Positions 11,852 to 22,030 of a DNA stretch of 64,000 bases are shown piece after piece (position 1 is the first letter of the stretch; every line of letters begins with the position of its first letter). The notes beneath the pieces are model-generated. The model did no database searches, was not told where the DNA came from, and saw only the letters and a list, made by a program, of their open reading frames with translations. The translations under genes and the position numbers were made by a program. The stretch comes from Promethearchaeota archaeon (lineage in GTDB: Archaea; Asgardarchaeota; Lokiarchaeia; Sigyniarchaeales; SOKP01). The DNA lies in the NCBI GenBank assembly GCA_019058295.1, contig JAHPZI010000022.1:216816-280815 (forward strand), written 5' to 3'.

Positions 11852-13225
11852 ATGCTAAAAATTGCTTTTATAGGTGCGGGATCATTTGTTTTTGGAGAAA
11901 CTGTTCTAACAGATATTCTCACCTTTCCTTCATTAATAGAAGATACTACTATTTGTCTTGAAGATATTGATGCACATTATTTAGATTTAATGTATAGATA
12001 TATGTTAAAGTTGAAAGAGAATTATCCAGAAAAATTTGAAGGAGTTAACTTTGAGAAAACATCAAATCAACGCAAAGCTATTGAAGATGCTAAATATATC
12101 GTAAACGCGATTCATGTAGGTGGATATGAGGCATATAAAATTGATATGGATATTCCTTTTAAGTATAATGTGACTCAATGTGTTGGAGATTCATTAGGAC
12201 CTGGAGGCGTTTTCCGTTTCCTTCGAAATTCTTACGTAATGAAATCCATTTTAAAAGATATTGAAGAAGTAGGTTATAACAGTGGAAGTGATACGGATAA
12301 GCCGTTACTTCTAAATTATACAAATCCAATGGCAATGGTAACTTGGTATTGCAATAGAATTCTGCCTGATTCTACGGTTGGTCTTTGTCATGGTGTGTAT
12401 GGTACTGCCATTGGACTTAGGCATGCTTTAGGGTTTAAAGAAGAAAACTTTTCATATTTATGCGCAGGAATAAACCATATGGCCTGGTTTCTTAAATTAT
12501 TTTACAGGGAAGATAAAGCTTTCCCATGGAAAAATGCGTATCCACTTTTACATAAAAAATTGGAAGAAGATCCTACGTTCGAAGAAATGGAACGATTAAG
12601 AGTTGATATGATGAGGGCTACGGGCTATTTTATGACGGAGTCATCTGGACATTTAAGTGAATATCTTCCCTACTATAGGAAACGAGAAGATTTATTAGAA
12701 AAATACAAGGGTACTATGCTTTTTGCTAATTTAGAACATAATTTCAATTATTTGATGAGTAAAAAAAATTCTGAGAGTGTAGACAAGAGAATTGCCCGAA
12801 AATTGAAACGAAAAAAGCTTAAACTTAAAAAAACACATTCAGGGGAATATGCATCGTACATTATGAATGCTATTGAAACCAATAAACCATTCATGTTTAA
12901 TGGGAATGTAATAAATAAACAGGGAGGATTAATCACCAATTTACCAAAAGATTGTTGCGTAGAAGTACCAGTCGCAGCTGATAGTCAGGGATTGCATCCT
13001 CAAGGTGGCATTGAATTACCCACAGTTTGTCAAGCACTATGTATTTCAAATATAATGGTCCAAAAAGCCGCGGTTGAGGGAGCACTTGAATTAGACAAAG
13101 AGAAGATATATCACGCGGTTTTATTAGATCCAAATACCGCTAGCGTTTGTTCACCTAGAGAAGTTCGAGACATGGTCGAGGAGATGTTTGAAGCAGAGAG
13201 TAATTGGCTACCTCAATTTAAATAA
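11852..13225 (+). CDS. melA: NAD+-dependent glycoside hydrolase family 4, alpha-galactosidase-like
   Basis: IGAGSFVF, QCVGDSLGPGG, NYTNP, GLCHG, GINH, TESSGHLSEY. Confidence 0.8.
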   Translation: MLKIAFIGAGSFVFGETVLTDILTFPSLIEDTTICLEDIDAHYLDLMYRYMLKLKENYPEKFEGVNFEKTSNQRKAIEDAKYIVNAIHVGGYEAYKIDMDIPFKYNVTQCVGDSLGPGGVFRFLRNSYVMKSILKDIEEVGYNSGSDTDKPLLLNYTNPMAMVTWYCNRILPDSTVGLCHGVYGTAIGLRHALGFKEENFSYLCAGINHMAWFLKLFYREDKAFPWKNAYPLLHKKLEEDPTFEEMERLRVDMMRATGYFMTESSGHLSEYLPYYRKREDLLEKYKGTMLFANLEHNFNYLMSKKNSESVDKRIARKLKRKKLKLKKTHSGEYASYIMNAIETNKPFMFNGNVINKQGGLITNLPKDCCVEVPVAADSQGLHPQGGIELPTVCQALCISNIMVQKAAVEGALELDKEKIYHAVLLDPNTASVCSPREVRDMVEEMFEAESNWLPQFK

Positions 13226-13284
13226 ATCATTTATTTTTTCCATCTATATAAATTATTAAATAAATAAGAGTAAGAAAAAGGACA

Positions 13285-15012
13285 ATGAAACAAAAGACCT
13301 ATCCTGAATATAGTATTCATTATCCCCTACTTCTCACGACTTTTATGAAAAACCCTGTAAGGATCTATCCAGATGAGATAGGGGTTGTGTACAGAAACCA
13401 TATTACTGGTGAATACCAACGCTTTACCTGGCTTGAATGGTATAAGCGTACCTGTCGTCTGGCAAATACATTGAGCTCTCTCGGTGTGAAACCCGGAAAG
13501 CCAGGTGACCCAGGTGATAGAATTGCTACTATGGCTCTTAATACGCACAGACACTTAGAACTTTACTATGCCGTACCTTGTAGTGGAGCAGTACTCCATC
13601 CAATAAATATAAGGCTTGCTCAGGATCACATTATATACACCATTAATCATGCTGAAGATAAAATTCTATTTTTTGATGATTTATTTTTATCTTTGGTTGA
13701 AGCGATTTATGACAAGATAAAAGACACTATAGAGAAATTCGTGTATATGTCGGATAAACCAGGATTACCCGATACAAAAATAAAAAATCTTTATGAATAT
13801 GAAGTGCTGCTTGAGCAGGAATCTGATAAATTTCAATGGCCGTATTTAAGTGAGGATAACTATGCCACTCTTTGTTATACTACCGGCACTACAGGGCTCC
13901 CCAAGGGAGCGATGTTCACTCACAGAGCGCTTTATCTTCAAACTTTGCATCTAATAGCCCATACCAGTTTTATTAATGATCCCTCCTATGTACATCTTGG
14001 CGAGAATATCGTGGACTTGATGATAACCCCATTATATCATGTCCACGCCTGGTGTGCGCCTTTCATCTATAGTTTTTTGTCTGCTAAATTGGTTTTACCT
14101 GGTACATTCACGGTTGATGGATTCTGCGAGCTAGTTAAGACTGAGAGAGTAACAACTACAGCTGTAGTTCCAACAATTCTGGCTTTACTTATTGAGTATA
14201 AAGATTTGAATAAGTATGATCTTAGTAGCCTTAAATATGTTAGAGTGGGCGGTGGAGCTCTACCGTTGGGGTTAAAAGCTAAAGTTGAGGAGAAAATTCC
14301 AGGATTTTCGGCAACATCGGGATATGGAATGACAGAGACAGCACCCACTACCGTAAGGAGTTTCGTCAAGAAATATATGAGGGATTGGCCAAAACAAAAA
14401 CTGGATAAAGTAAGGGTTAAGACAGGGCTTCCTGTTTCCGGAATTGAGGTTGAGGTTGTTGCCGAAAATGGAAAGCCCATCCCGCATGATAATAAAACTC
14501 TTGGTGAGATTGTTATTCGTGGTCCCTGGGTAATAGAAAAATACTACAAGAATCCAGAAAAAACCGCTGAAGTATGGTATGATGGATGGTTTCATACAGG
14601 AGATTTAGCCAAGGTTGATGAGGAGGATTTCATAATTATCGCTGATAGGATGTCAGATGTTATTAGAAGCGGTTCTGAAATGGTTCCAACAGTGCTTCTT
14701 GAAAATCTTGCCAATATGGCTGATTTTATCCTTGAAGCTACAGTTGTGGGTGTCCCTGATGAAGTATGGGGTCAGAAGCCACTTGCAATTATAAAGCTTG
14801 TGCCTAATTCCAATAAAACGGAAAGTGATTTTATCGAATTCCTCAAGAGCGAAGGCGTGGATAAAGGTAAGATAACCAATTGGATGCTTCCTAAATTGGT
14901 GGCAATTGTTGATGAGGTTCCAAAGACTAGTGTTGGAAAGTATAATAAAAGAGAAATCAGGAAGAATCTGGAAAAATATCTGAACTTAGCTAAAGATATG
15001 AAACAAAATTAA
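13285..15012 (+). CDS. Long/medium-chain fatty-acid--CoA ligase
   Basis: YTTGTTGLPKG, GYGMTET, GWFHTGD, PKTSVGK. Confidence 0.9.
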   Translation: MKQKTYPEYSIHYPLLLTTFMKNPVRIYPDEIGVVYRNHITGEYQRFTWLEWYKRTCRLANTLSSLGVKPGKPGDPGDRIATMALNTHRHLELYYAVPCSGAVLHPINIRLAQDHIIYTINHAEDKILFFDDLFLSLVEAIYDKIKDTIEKFVYMSDKPGLPDTKIKNLYEYEVLLEQESDKFQWPYLSEDNYATLCYTTGTTGLPKGAMFTHRALYLQTLHLIAHTSFINDPSYVHLGENIVDLMITPLYHVHAWCAPFIYSFLSAKLVLPGTFTVDGFCELVKTERVTTTAVVPTILALLIEYKDLNKYDLSSLKYVRVGGGALPLGLKAKVEEKIPGFSATSGYGMTETAPTTVRSFVKKYMRDWPKQKLDKVRVKTGLPVSGIEVEVVAENGKPIPHDNKTLGEIVIRGPWVIEKYYKNPEKTAEVWYDGWFHTGDLAKVDEEDFIIIADRMSDVIRSGSEMVPTVLLENLANMADFILEATVVGVPDEVWGQKPLAIIKLVPNSNKTESDFIEFLKSEGVDKGKITNWMLPKLVAIVDEVPKTSVGKYNKREIRKNLEKYLNLAKDMKQN

Positions 15013-15071
15013 ACAAATTTTTTTATGAATTCTTTAATTATTAAGAAGAATACAGATTCAATAATTAAAAG

Positions 15072-15716
15072 GTGTTATATTCTATTACTGAGAAAAAAAA
15101 TAATCAACTAGAAAGAAAAATCGGTTCACAAGAGCCAATTCGACTTTCCGAACCTCGTGTCCCTCCTCAGGACGAATCAGAATGGGATGAAGATGCGAAA
15201 ATATTATTAGGACGTTGGCGTGAAATTAACAAAAGGCCAACCCTAAACATAAATGCAACACTCGCAAGACACTCGAAGCTGCTCAAGCGTTGGAGTGTAT
15301 TTTCGAATCACGTACTGTTTAAATCTTCCCTCCCTATACGCGATCGAGAGATACTAATTCTTCGAATCGGTTGGCTCTGCCGTGCAAAATATGAATGGGG
15401 TCAGCATGTTATAATTGGAAAGATAGCTGGTCTTAAAAATGATGAAATCAAGCGGATCCAAGAAGGTCCAGATGCTACAGGTTGGGATAGCTTCGATGCT
15501 ACTTTACTTCGTGCAGTAGATGAACTCTATATCGACGCCTTTATTAGCGATGCTACTTGGGGAAAACTCACTGAGCACTACAATACAAAACAGATAATGG
15601 ACCTTATTTTCACTGTTGGGCAATATAATTTAGTTTCAATGACTCTTAACACCTTGGGCGTCCAACTTGAAAAAGAATTAGAAGAAAAATTAAAAAAATT
15701 AAACTTAAACATATAG
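15072..15716 (+). CDS. Carboxymuconolactone decarboxylase/AhpD-like protein
   Basis: REILILRIGWLCRAKYEWGQH, DLIFTVGQYN; start uncertain. Confidence 0.8.
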   Translation: MLYSITEKKNNQLERKIGSQEPIRLSEPRVPPQDESEWDEDAKILLGRWREINKRPTLNINATLARHSKLLKRWSVFSNHVLFKSSLPIRDREILILRIGWLCRAKYEWGQHVIIGKIAGLKNDEIKRIQEGPDATGWDSFDATLLRAVDELYIDAFISDATWGKLTEHYNTKQIMDLIFTVGQYNLVSMTLNTLGVQLEKELEEKLKKLNLNI

Positions 15717-15741
15717 AGAGAGAAAAAGAAAAAGATAGTGT

Positions 15742-16923
15742 TTATTTTTTCATCTTAACAAATTTACCAGTTCTCATTAGTTCACAAGGTCTTAGATATT
15801 CTCTTCCAGATTTCTCAACAAACTCATCTAATTTCTTAGTGTATTTTTCCCAGTTATTCTTTCCTGCTCCAAAAGGACCTGGTGTATTCATTCCAGCCAT
15901 ATTTGCATCATCAATGACTTTCCAGCCAGTTACCACTCCTTCCTCGATTAATCTACAGCCTTCATTTAAACGTATAGCCATAATAAGTTCTAAATCCAGC
16001 AATCCTGCCTTTTTGGACATATCTGGTTCTGGTCTACCTTTTGACCAATCATAATATCCTTGACCTGTTTTTCGGCCTAATTTCCCTTCTTTTATCATCA
16101 TAGTAGTAACTTTTCCTGGTTTGAAGTCAGGGTGCAAAGTTTCAGCATAGTAATTGGCAGCATGATAGGAAGTATCAAGTCCAACATAATCTGCTAATAC
16201 ATATGGCGGCATAGGCATTATTCCTCCAGTATCTGCGTCGATTTGTTCCCAAGGAATTCCTTTTTCATATGCATAATCAGTAATATAACTCCTATAAATT
16301 CCCACGGGAGCATTTAATCGATTTACTATGAATCCTGGGCGATCTTTTAACACTTTAGCAACAAATCTTTTTCCTTTAAGACATGGTAAACTTTCACTTA
16401 CTTTCACTCCAATTTCCATGGCTTCATCAGAGGTTTTTTCGCCAGCTATTACTTCAATTAATCTCATTAAGATGGGGGGATTAAAAAAGTGCATACCGAT
16501 TACCTTATCTGCTCTATTGGTGGCAGTGGCTATATCAGTAATCGACATAGTAGAAGTATTTGTTGCTAAAATACAATGAGGAGGAGCGTTAACGTCGCAA
16601 GTTTTAAAGACATCTTTTTTAATATCCATTCTTTCTACAACTGCTTCTAAAACAAAATCAGCGTCTTTTACGGCAGAAGTTAAATCTAAATTCGTCTTTA
16701 ATCGTCCCATAACATCGGATGCTGACACCCCCTCGCCTAACCTACCTTTAGCTTCGAGCTTTTTTAAACCTTCATCAATCTTAGCAACTCCATTGTTTAT
16801 AAATTCGTCTTTAATATCAACTAAAGTAACTTTGTATCCAGTCATCAATGCAATTTGAGCAACGTTATGGCCCATCAAACCAGCACCAATTACAACTATA
16901 TTTTTAACATTTTCAACGACCAT
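15742..16923 (-). CDS. 3-hydroxyacyl-CoA dehydrogenase
   Basis: GAGLMG, EAVVE, ATNTS, GMHFFNP, PGFIVNR, KLGRKTGQGYY; duplicated C-terminal domain. Confidence 0.92.
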   Translation of the reverse strand: MVVENVKNIVVIGAGLMGHNVAQIALMTGYKVTLVDIKDEFINNGVAKIDEGLKKLEAKGRLGEGVSASDVMGRLKTNLDLTSAVKDADFVLEAVVERMDIKKDVFKTCDVNAPPHCILATNTSTMSITDIATATNRADKVIGMHFFNPPILMRLIEVIAGEKTSDEAMEIGVKVSESLPCLKGKRFVAKVLKDRPGFIVNRLNAPVGIYRSYITDYAYEKGIPWEQIDADTGGIMPMPPYVLADYVGLDTSYHAANYYAETLHPDFKPGKVTTMMIKEGKLGRKTGQGYYDWSKGRPEPDMSKKAGLLDLELIMAIRLNEGCRLIEEGVVTGWKVIDDANMAGMNTPGPFGAGKNNWEKYTKKLDEFVEKSGREYLRPCELMRTGKFVKMKK

Positions 16924-17050
16924 TTTTTTTCCTCTTTAAAAATTGATTTCAAGTTTTTTAGTATGATTATGATTTTTTAAATAAAAATAATTTGAATCTA
17001 TTTTTAATTTCTTTTCAACAAAAAAAGAGAAAAAATGAATAGATTATTTC

Positions 17051-17962
17051 TTATTCCTTTTGCTCAGCAGCCATAGGATTCTTATCCATACAAGGAACTC
17101 CGAATTGGCAAAAGGCACAGCCAACTGGGGGTGGTTGTTCATGCCATTCACCATTTATATATCGAAAATGAGGTTTTAAAATATCTCCTATGCGTTTTAT
17201 CATTTTTCTTTCTATTTTCTCACCATAAGCCCAACATTTGTTTTTATTATGACCATTTATATCAATAGCATTTGCGGGACAATTCTTTTCACATTGTCGA
17301 CAAGTTCCTTTAGCATAATATAGGCAATTTGCATGAATATTGTCACTCTTTCTTGGAGTTATTTGAAGAGGTGCATTAGTAACAACAGAAGCTAATCTTA
17401 AATTACATCCGACCTCTGTGATTAAAGCTTCAGTGAGACTAAAAGTACCCAGACCAGCAGCGTAGGCAATATGTCGTTCGGACCAATTGGAGTAAAAACT
17501 GCCTTTTGTATATATACTAAAAACCTCACTAATCATAGCCGCCACTGCATTATAACCATGATCTTTAAAAAAATTAATCGATTGTCTACAAGTTTCTTTT
17601 TTAAATTCATTAGCATAGTTTCGACCAAGGGAATAAATATCAGCCGGTAATTTAACACGCGGAAATTCAATAAAGTCCTTGCTTTCTTCACGAATTCTAT
17701 CAACATATGGAAATACGATCGAAAGAATGCGTAATTTAGAAGGGGACTCATCATCTTGTCCACATGCTCTCCAAAGTTCAACCGGAGTAAAATGTTCAGG
17801 ACCCACAACCTCTTTAAGTTTTTCAAAGATTGGATCATCTCCTTTAGAAACTCCAATTAATGGAGTAGAAAATATTCTCCCGCCTCCATAGTTTTCATGA
17901 AGGCGGTTAAGCTCATTAGTAGAAAATAATTCTTTTAGAAATTGTTGAACTTTTTCGTTCAT
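17051..17962 (-). CDS. QueG/reductive dehalogenase-superfamily cobalamin- and Fe-S-binding protein
   Basis: WSERHIAYAAGLGTF, RLASVVT, C..CRQC...CP, GCAFCQ..VPC. Confidence 0.75.
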   Translation of the reverse strand: MNEKVQQFLKELFSTNELNRLHENYGGGRIFSTPLIGVSKGDDPIFEKLKEVVGPEHFTPVELWRACGQDDESPSKLRILSIVFPYVDRIREESKDFIEFPRVKLPADIYSLGRNYANEFKKETCRQSINFFKDHGYNAVAAMISEVFSIYTKGSFYSNWSERHIAYAAGLGTFSLTEALITEVGCNLRLASVVTNAPLQITPRKSDNIHANCLYYAKGTCRQCEKNCPANAIDINGHNKNKCWAYGEKIERKMIKRIGDILKPHFRYINGEWHEQPPPVGCAFCQFGVPCMDKNPMAAEQKE

Positions 17963-18074
17963 TTCAAATCACTCGATTGTCAAACAATAATAAAAAAAAA
18001 TAAAATCTTATAAAAAATTAAAAATTTCTAATTGTATTAATGTTTTAATTCATTTAAACTAACGGAATGTAAAA

Positions 18075-19313
18075 ATGGCAAATAGACCAGAGCCTAATAA
18101 CAGTAAAAAGATAAGTCCTATGAATGCACTTTCCACAATGGAAGTAAAATTCAATGATCCCTTAAAAGATGTTCACACCGCCAATCTTCTTATATCTGGT
18201 TGTGGATGGGTAGATACTACGGACGGCGTCGTATTGATTGATACATTACTCAGTGTGGGTGCAGGTAAGAGGGTATTTGAAAGAATCCAAGGTAAGATTA
18301 AATATATTATTTACACTCATGGGCATATGGATCATGTGGGTGGAGCTGAGGCTTTTTTAGCTGATGATCCAGAGATTATCGCCAGTAAATTTCTTCCAGA
18401 TAGATTTGACAATTACCAAATGTTAGCACCACATAGAGCCCGAATAGCCGCTCAACAATTTAATATACCTGAATTTATGGGTAAAGTCAAATACACTTAT
18501 CCAACTAAAACATTCTTAGGTGAGATGACCATTTCTTTAGGAGACAAAACCTTCGAGCTTCACACAGCACGAGCCGAAACCGACGATGCTGTTTGGATTT
18601 ATGTACCTGAGCTCAATATAGCATTCATTGGTGACTTAATGATTGGTATTGGAATGTTCCCTAATATTGGAAATCCTTGGAAACCCACTCGTTTTGCCTT
18701 GGACTGGGCAAAAGCTTTAGAAGAAATTCGAGCTCTTGAACCTGAATATGTTTTTTGTAATGGAGGAGGTGTTATGTATAAAGGTAAAAAAGCTTTAAAA
18801 GCATTGAACGATAATATTGAAGTCATCAGAGCATTACATGATCAAGTCGTCGATTTTATTAATCAAGATATGCATATTTCGGAAATGATCCATGCTGTTA
18901 AAGTCCCAAATCATCTCAAAAAAAGCCCTTATCTTAAGCCTTTATATTCTAGACCTGAATTTTTCGTATATAACGTTTACCGATGGTATCATGGCTATTT
19001 TGATCATAATCCTGCCAACCTACTTCCCAGACCAGAGAAAGAAGTCAAAAAAGAAATTTTTGGGCTTATTGGAGATTCTACTAAAATCTTGGGCAGAGCA
19101 AGAGAACTTTTAGATCAGAACCAAGCACAACTTGCCCTCCAAGTCTTAGATGTCCTAATCCAAGCTGAACCAGAAAATATTGAAGCGCGAAAACTCCGTA
19201 TGGAACTTCTCAAAGAGTTAGGCACTAATGATAAGTGCCTTATGTCCCGAAACACATGGTTCTACTTTATTAATCAAGATAAAAAATTTATTCGTTCAAA
19301 AAAAAGACATTAG
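18075..19313 (+). CDS. Alkyl/aryl-sulfatase (SdsA1/BDS1-like MBL fold with dimerisation domain)
   Basis: THGHMDH, ETDD, FPNIGNP, W..GYFD.NPANL. Confidence 0.8.
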   Translation: MANRPEPNNSKKISPMNALSTMEVKFNDPLKDVHTANLLISGCGWVDTTDGVVLIDTLLSVGAGKRVFERIQGKIKYIIYTHGHMDHVGGAEAFLADDPEIIASKFLPDRFDNYQMLAPHRARIAAQQFNIPEFMGKVKYTYPTKTFLGEMTISLGDKTFELHTARAETDDAVWIYVPELNIAFIGDLMIGIGMFPNIGNPWKPTRFALDWAKALEEIRALEPEYVFCNGGGVMYKGKKALKALNDNIEVIRALHDQVVDFINQDMHISEMIHAVKVPNHLKKSPYLKPLYSRPEFFVYNVYRWYHGYFDHNPANLLPRPEKEVKKEIFGLIGDSTKILGRARELLDQNQAQLALQVLDVLIQAEPENIEARKLRMELLKELGTNDKCLMSRNTWFYFINQDKKFIRSKKRH

Positions 19314-19497
19314 ATTTATTCTATTTTTTAACAATAAATCGCTAATAATGTTATTATTTTTTATTTTTTTGCCTTGATAAAAATTCGGTTAATACTTTAT
19401 CTGATTTAAAAAAAATGATAAAGAATAAATAATGTCGTTGTCTTATGTTATTGAAAAATTTTAAAGAAGAGATAAAATAATTTAAAATTTTAGAAAA

Positions 19498-20262
19498 ATG
19501 GGATATAATAAAGAGGAGATTCGAGAAAAATTTAAAGATTTATTTGAATATTCTTTAGATTTTGTTTTTGTCCACGATTTAAAAGGAAATTTCCTCGATG
19601 CTAATGAAATAGCTTTAATGGCTCTCGGATACGAAAAAGACGAAATTCCAAATATTTCCTTTATAACTCTAATAGATGAAGAACAGATAAAAAGAGGTTT
19701 TGAAAACCTAAAAAGATTTTTGAAGGAAGGAAAACAAGGTACACAGGCAGAGTATAAGCTTAAAACAAAAGATGGGAATTTTATTTATATAGAAACTTAT
19801 GGCATTCCTTTGAGAAAAGAAGGAAAGATTTACGCTATTTTAGGTATTGGAAAAAATATTACTGAACGAAAAATAACCGAACTATATTTAAAAGAATCTG
19901 AAGAAAAATTTAGAACGCTTTATGAAAACTCTCCCTTTGCGATTCTTTTAATTGATTTAAAAGGAATAGTATTGGATTGTAATCCTATAACCATAAAAAT
20001 GTTCGGATATGACAAAAAGGAAATAGTTGGTAAAGAAATAAGAAAGCTTGAGGCAATTCGTCCAGAAGATTTACCTATTCTACTTGAGATCTTTAAAAAA
20101 TTAATTGGTGGAGAAAAGTTGCAGCGTGTAGAAATACAATTAAAAAAAAAAGATGGAAGCATAAAATGGGCCTATATACAAGCAATATTATTTGAAATTG
20201 ATGGAGAAAAATTTGTCCAAGCAATTTTGCACGAGCATGGAGAGTCTACAATAATCGGTTAA
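19498..20262 (+). CDS. Tandem PAS-domain protein without output domain
   Basis: Two PAS/PAC units separated by NITERK...ESEEKFRTLYENSP linker. Confidence 0.85.
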   Translation: MGYNKEEIREKFKDLFEYSLDFVFVHDLKGNFLDANEIALMALGYEKDEIPNISFITLIDEEQIKRGFENLKRFLKEGKQGTQAEYKLKTKDGNFIYIETYGIPLRKEGKIYAILGIGKNITERKITELYLKESEEKFRTLYENSPFAILLIDLKGIVLDCNPITIKMFGYDKKEIVGKEIRKLEAIRPEDLPILLEIFKKLIGGEKLQRVEIQLKKKDGSIKWAYIQAILFEIDGEKFVQAILHEHGESTIIG

Positions 20263-20392
20263 AAAAAGTCATAAATTAAAAACTTCTTGTTCTATATAAT
20301 CTAGAAAAAATTGAATGATCTAAAAACACAAAATTACTTTTTTTGCCAATTTTTTCTAAAATATATATATATCTTAAAAATGAGTAATTAAT

Positions 20393-22030
20393 ATGCAGAC
20401 TAAGATTTTAATAAGATCAGAAATCATTGAAAAATTAAAAGAAATTTTACATGGTGAACAGTACGTTTCATCTGATATCGAAGTTCGGTCAAATTATAGT
20501 CGGGATATGACCGAACAAGTTGCTCCAGGCCTAACTGATGTAGTTGTTTTACCAGAGAATAGGGAGCAAGTTCAACAAATCGTTCTCTTAGCCAATAGAG
20601 AGAAGATTCCGATAATTCCTTATGTAGCAGGGGCAAATATTGGAGGTTTAACATTACCAACTGAAAGAGGTGGTATAACAATTGATTTTAAGCGAATGAG
20701 ACGAGTTATCAAGATTGATCGCGAAAATAAATATATTGTTGTGGAGCCAGGATTCACATTTGGTGATCTAAGAAGATTATTTGATACTGAAATTCCGGAA
20801 TTTCGATATTCTTTTCCTTTTTCACCTCCCTATACCTCAGTGGGTATAAACGCTTTATTACATGGTCTAGGCTCTTTGAGCGTGTTATATGGTTCAGCAG
20901 ATAATTTTATAAATGGCTTGGAAGTTGTTCTTCCAACAGGGGAGATTGCCCAATTAGGAAATCATGCTATTAATCGTGGTGAATATTGGTACGGAAGGAG
21001 CCCATTACCAGATTTGTGCGGATTATTTATCGGCATGCAAGGAACAACTGGTATAGCCACTAAAATATCTTTACAACTATTAGATAGACCAGAGATCCTA
21101 ACTCATTTTGCCATCTTACCAAAGGATCCTTTAGATTTTTTTGGAGATTGGGTTCATGATTTAGATAAACTTCACATTTGTGATGAAATTGGTTGTGGAT
21201 ATTTCCCACCAAAAGTAGCTCATGGTTTATTACCTCAAGATATGATTGATCTAATGGCAAAATTAATGTTCATGTTATCAAAGGGTAGAAATACTAAGAT
21301 AATGAAAAAATTATGGGCATTTATTAAGAAATTGCCCGGAAAACCTTTTTGGTATGTAAAGAAATTTTCTCCAATATTAGCAAGAAAATTACCTCCTGAA
21401 GATGAACCTTTCTTAATAGTTGGGGCAACTATAGGAGCAAATAATAAAAAACTATTTAAAGCAAAAGTGAAGACTTTAAAGAAGTTTATGAAGAAAAAAG
21501 AAGCTTTAATGATACGCCCTGATGATTTTGGAGAGTTAAAACCTGCTATGATGTCAATCTTAGATTTACCTGCCCAATTACCTGCATTTTTTGATTTAAA
21601 AGGAGGAGGATTAACTTGGGTGGGTAGTTATGTTCCACCTAGTCGTGTTGCTGAAGGAGTGGAGCGATGTAAAGAGATAATAATGCAGAATGGACTTTTT
21701 CCTATTGGAGTGTTAAGACCTATGAAAGCAGATCATTATTTCGTTCTTAGATTCATTATTTCATATAATTCTATCGATAAGGAAGAAATTGAGCGCGTGA
21801 AAAAAACTCTTAGAGGAATTTGTGAGGTTGTTTTAGATATTGGAGGTGTGCCATATAAAATGGCTCCATGGGCCGCTAAGTTGACCTGGGAAAAAGGTGA
21901 TATTTCTTTTTATAAATTATTAAAAAAAGTAAAAGATATGATGGATCCAAATAATATAATGAATCCTGGTAAACTATTTGTTCTAAATGAAGATGAAATA
22001 AAAAGAAAAGAAGCGGAGGAGACGCAGTAA
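20393..22030 (+). CDS. FAD-binding oxidoreductase (VAO/GlcD family)
   Basis: VVVLPENREQV, VEPG, GLEVVLPTG, GMQGTTGI, DPNNIMNPGK. Confidence 0.85.
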   Translation: MQTKILIRSEIIEKLKEILHGEQYVSSDIEVRSNYSRDMTEQVAPGLTDVVVLPENREQVQQIVLLANREKIPIIPYVAGANIGGLTLPTERGGITIDFKRMRRVIKIDRENKYIVVEPGFTFGDLRRLFDTEIPEFRYSFPFSPPYTSVGINALLHGLGSLSVLYGSADNFINGLEVVLPTGEIAQLGNHAINRGEYWYGRSPLPDLCGLFIGMQGTTGIATKISLQLLDRPEILTHFAILPKDPLDFFGDWVHDLDKLHICDEIGCGYFPPKVAHGLLPQDMIDLMAKLMFMLSKGRNTKIMKKLWAFIKKLPGKPFWYVKKFSPILARKLPPEDEPFLIVGATIGANNKKLFKAKVKTLKKFMKKKEALMIRPDDFGELKPAMMSILDLPAQLPAFFDLKGGGLTWVGSYVPPSRVAEGVERCKEIIMQNGLFPIGVLRPMKADHYFVLRFIISYNSIDKEEIERVKKTLRGICEVVLDIGGVPYKMAPWAAKLTWEKGDISFYKLLKKVKDMMDPNNIMNPGKLFVLNEDEIKRKEAEETQ

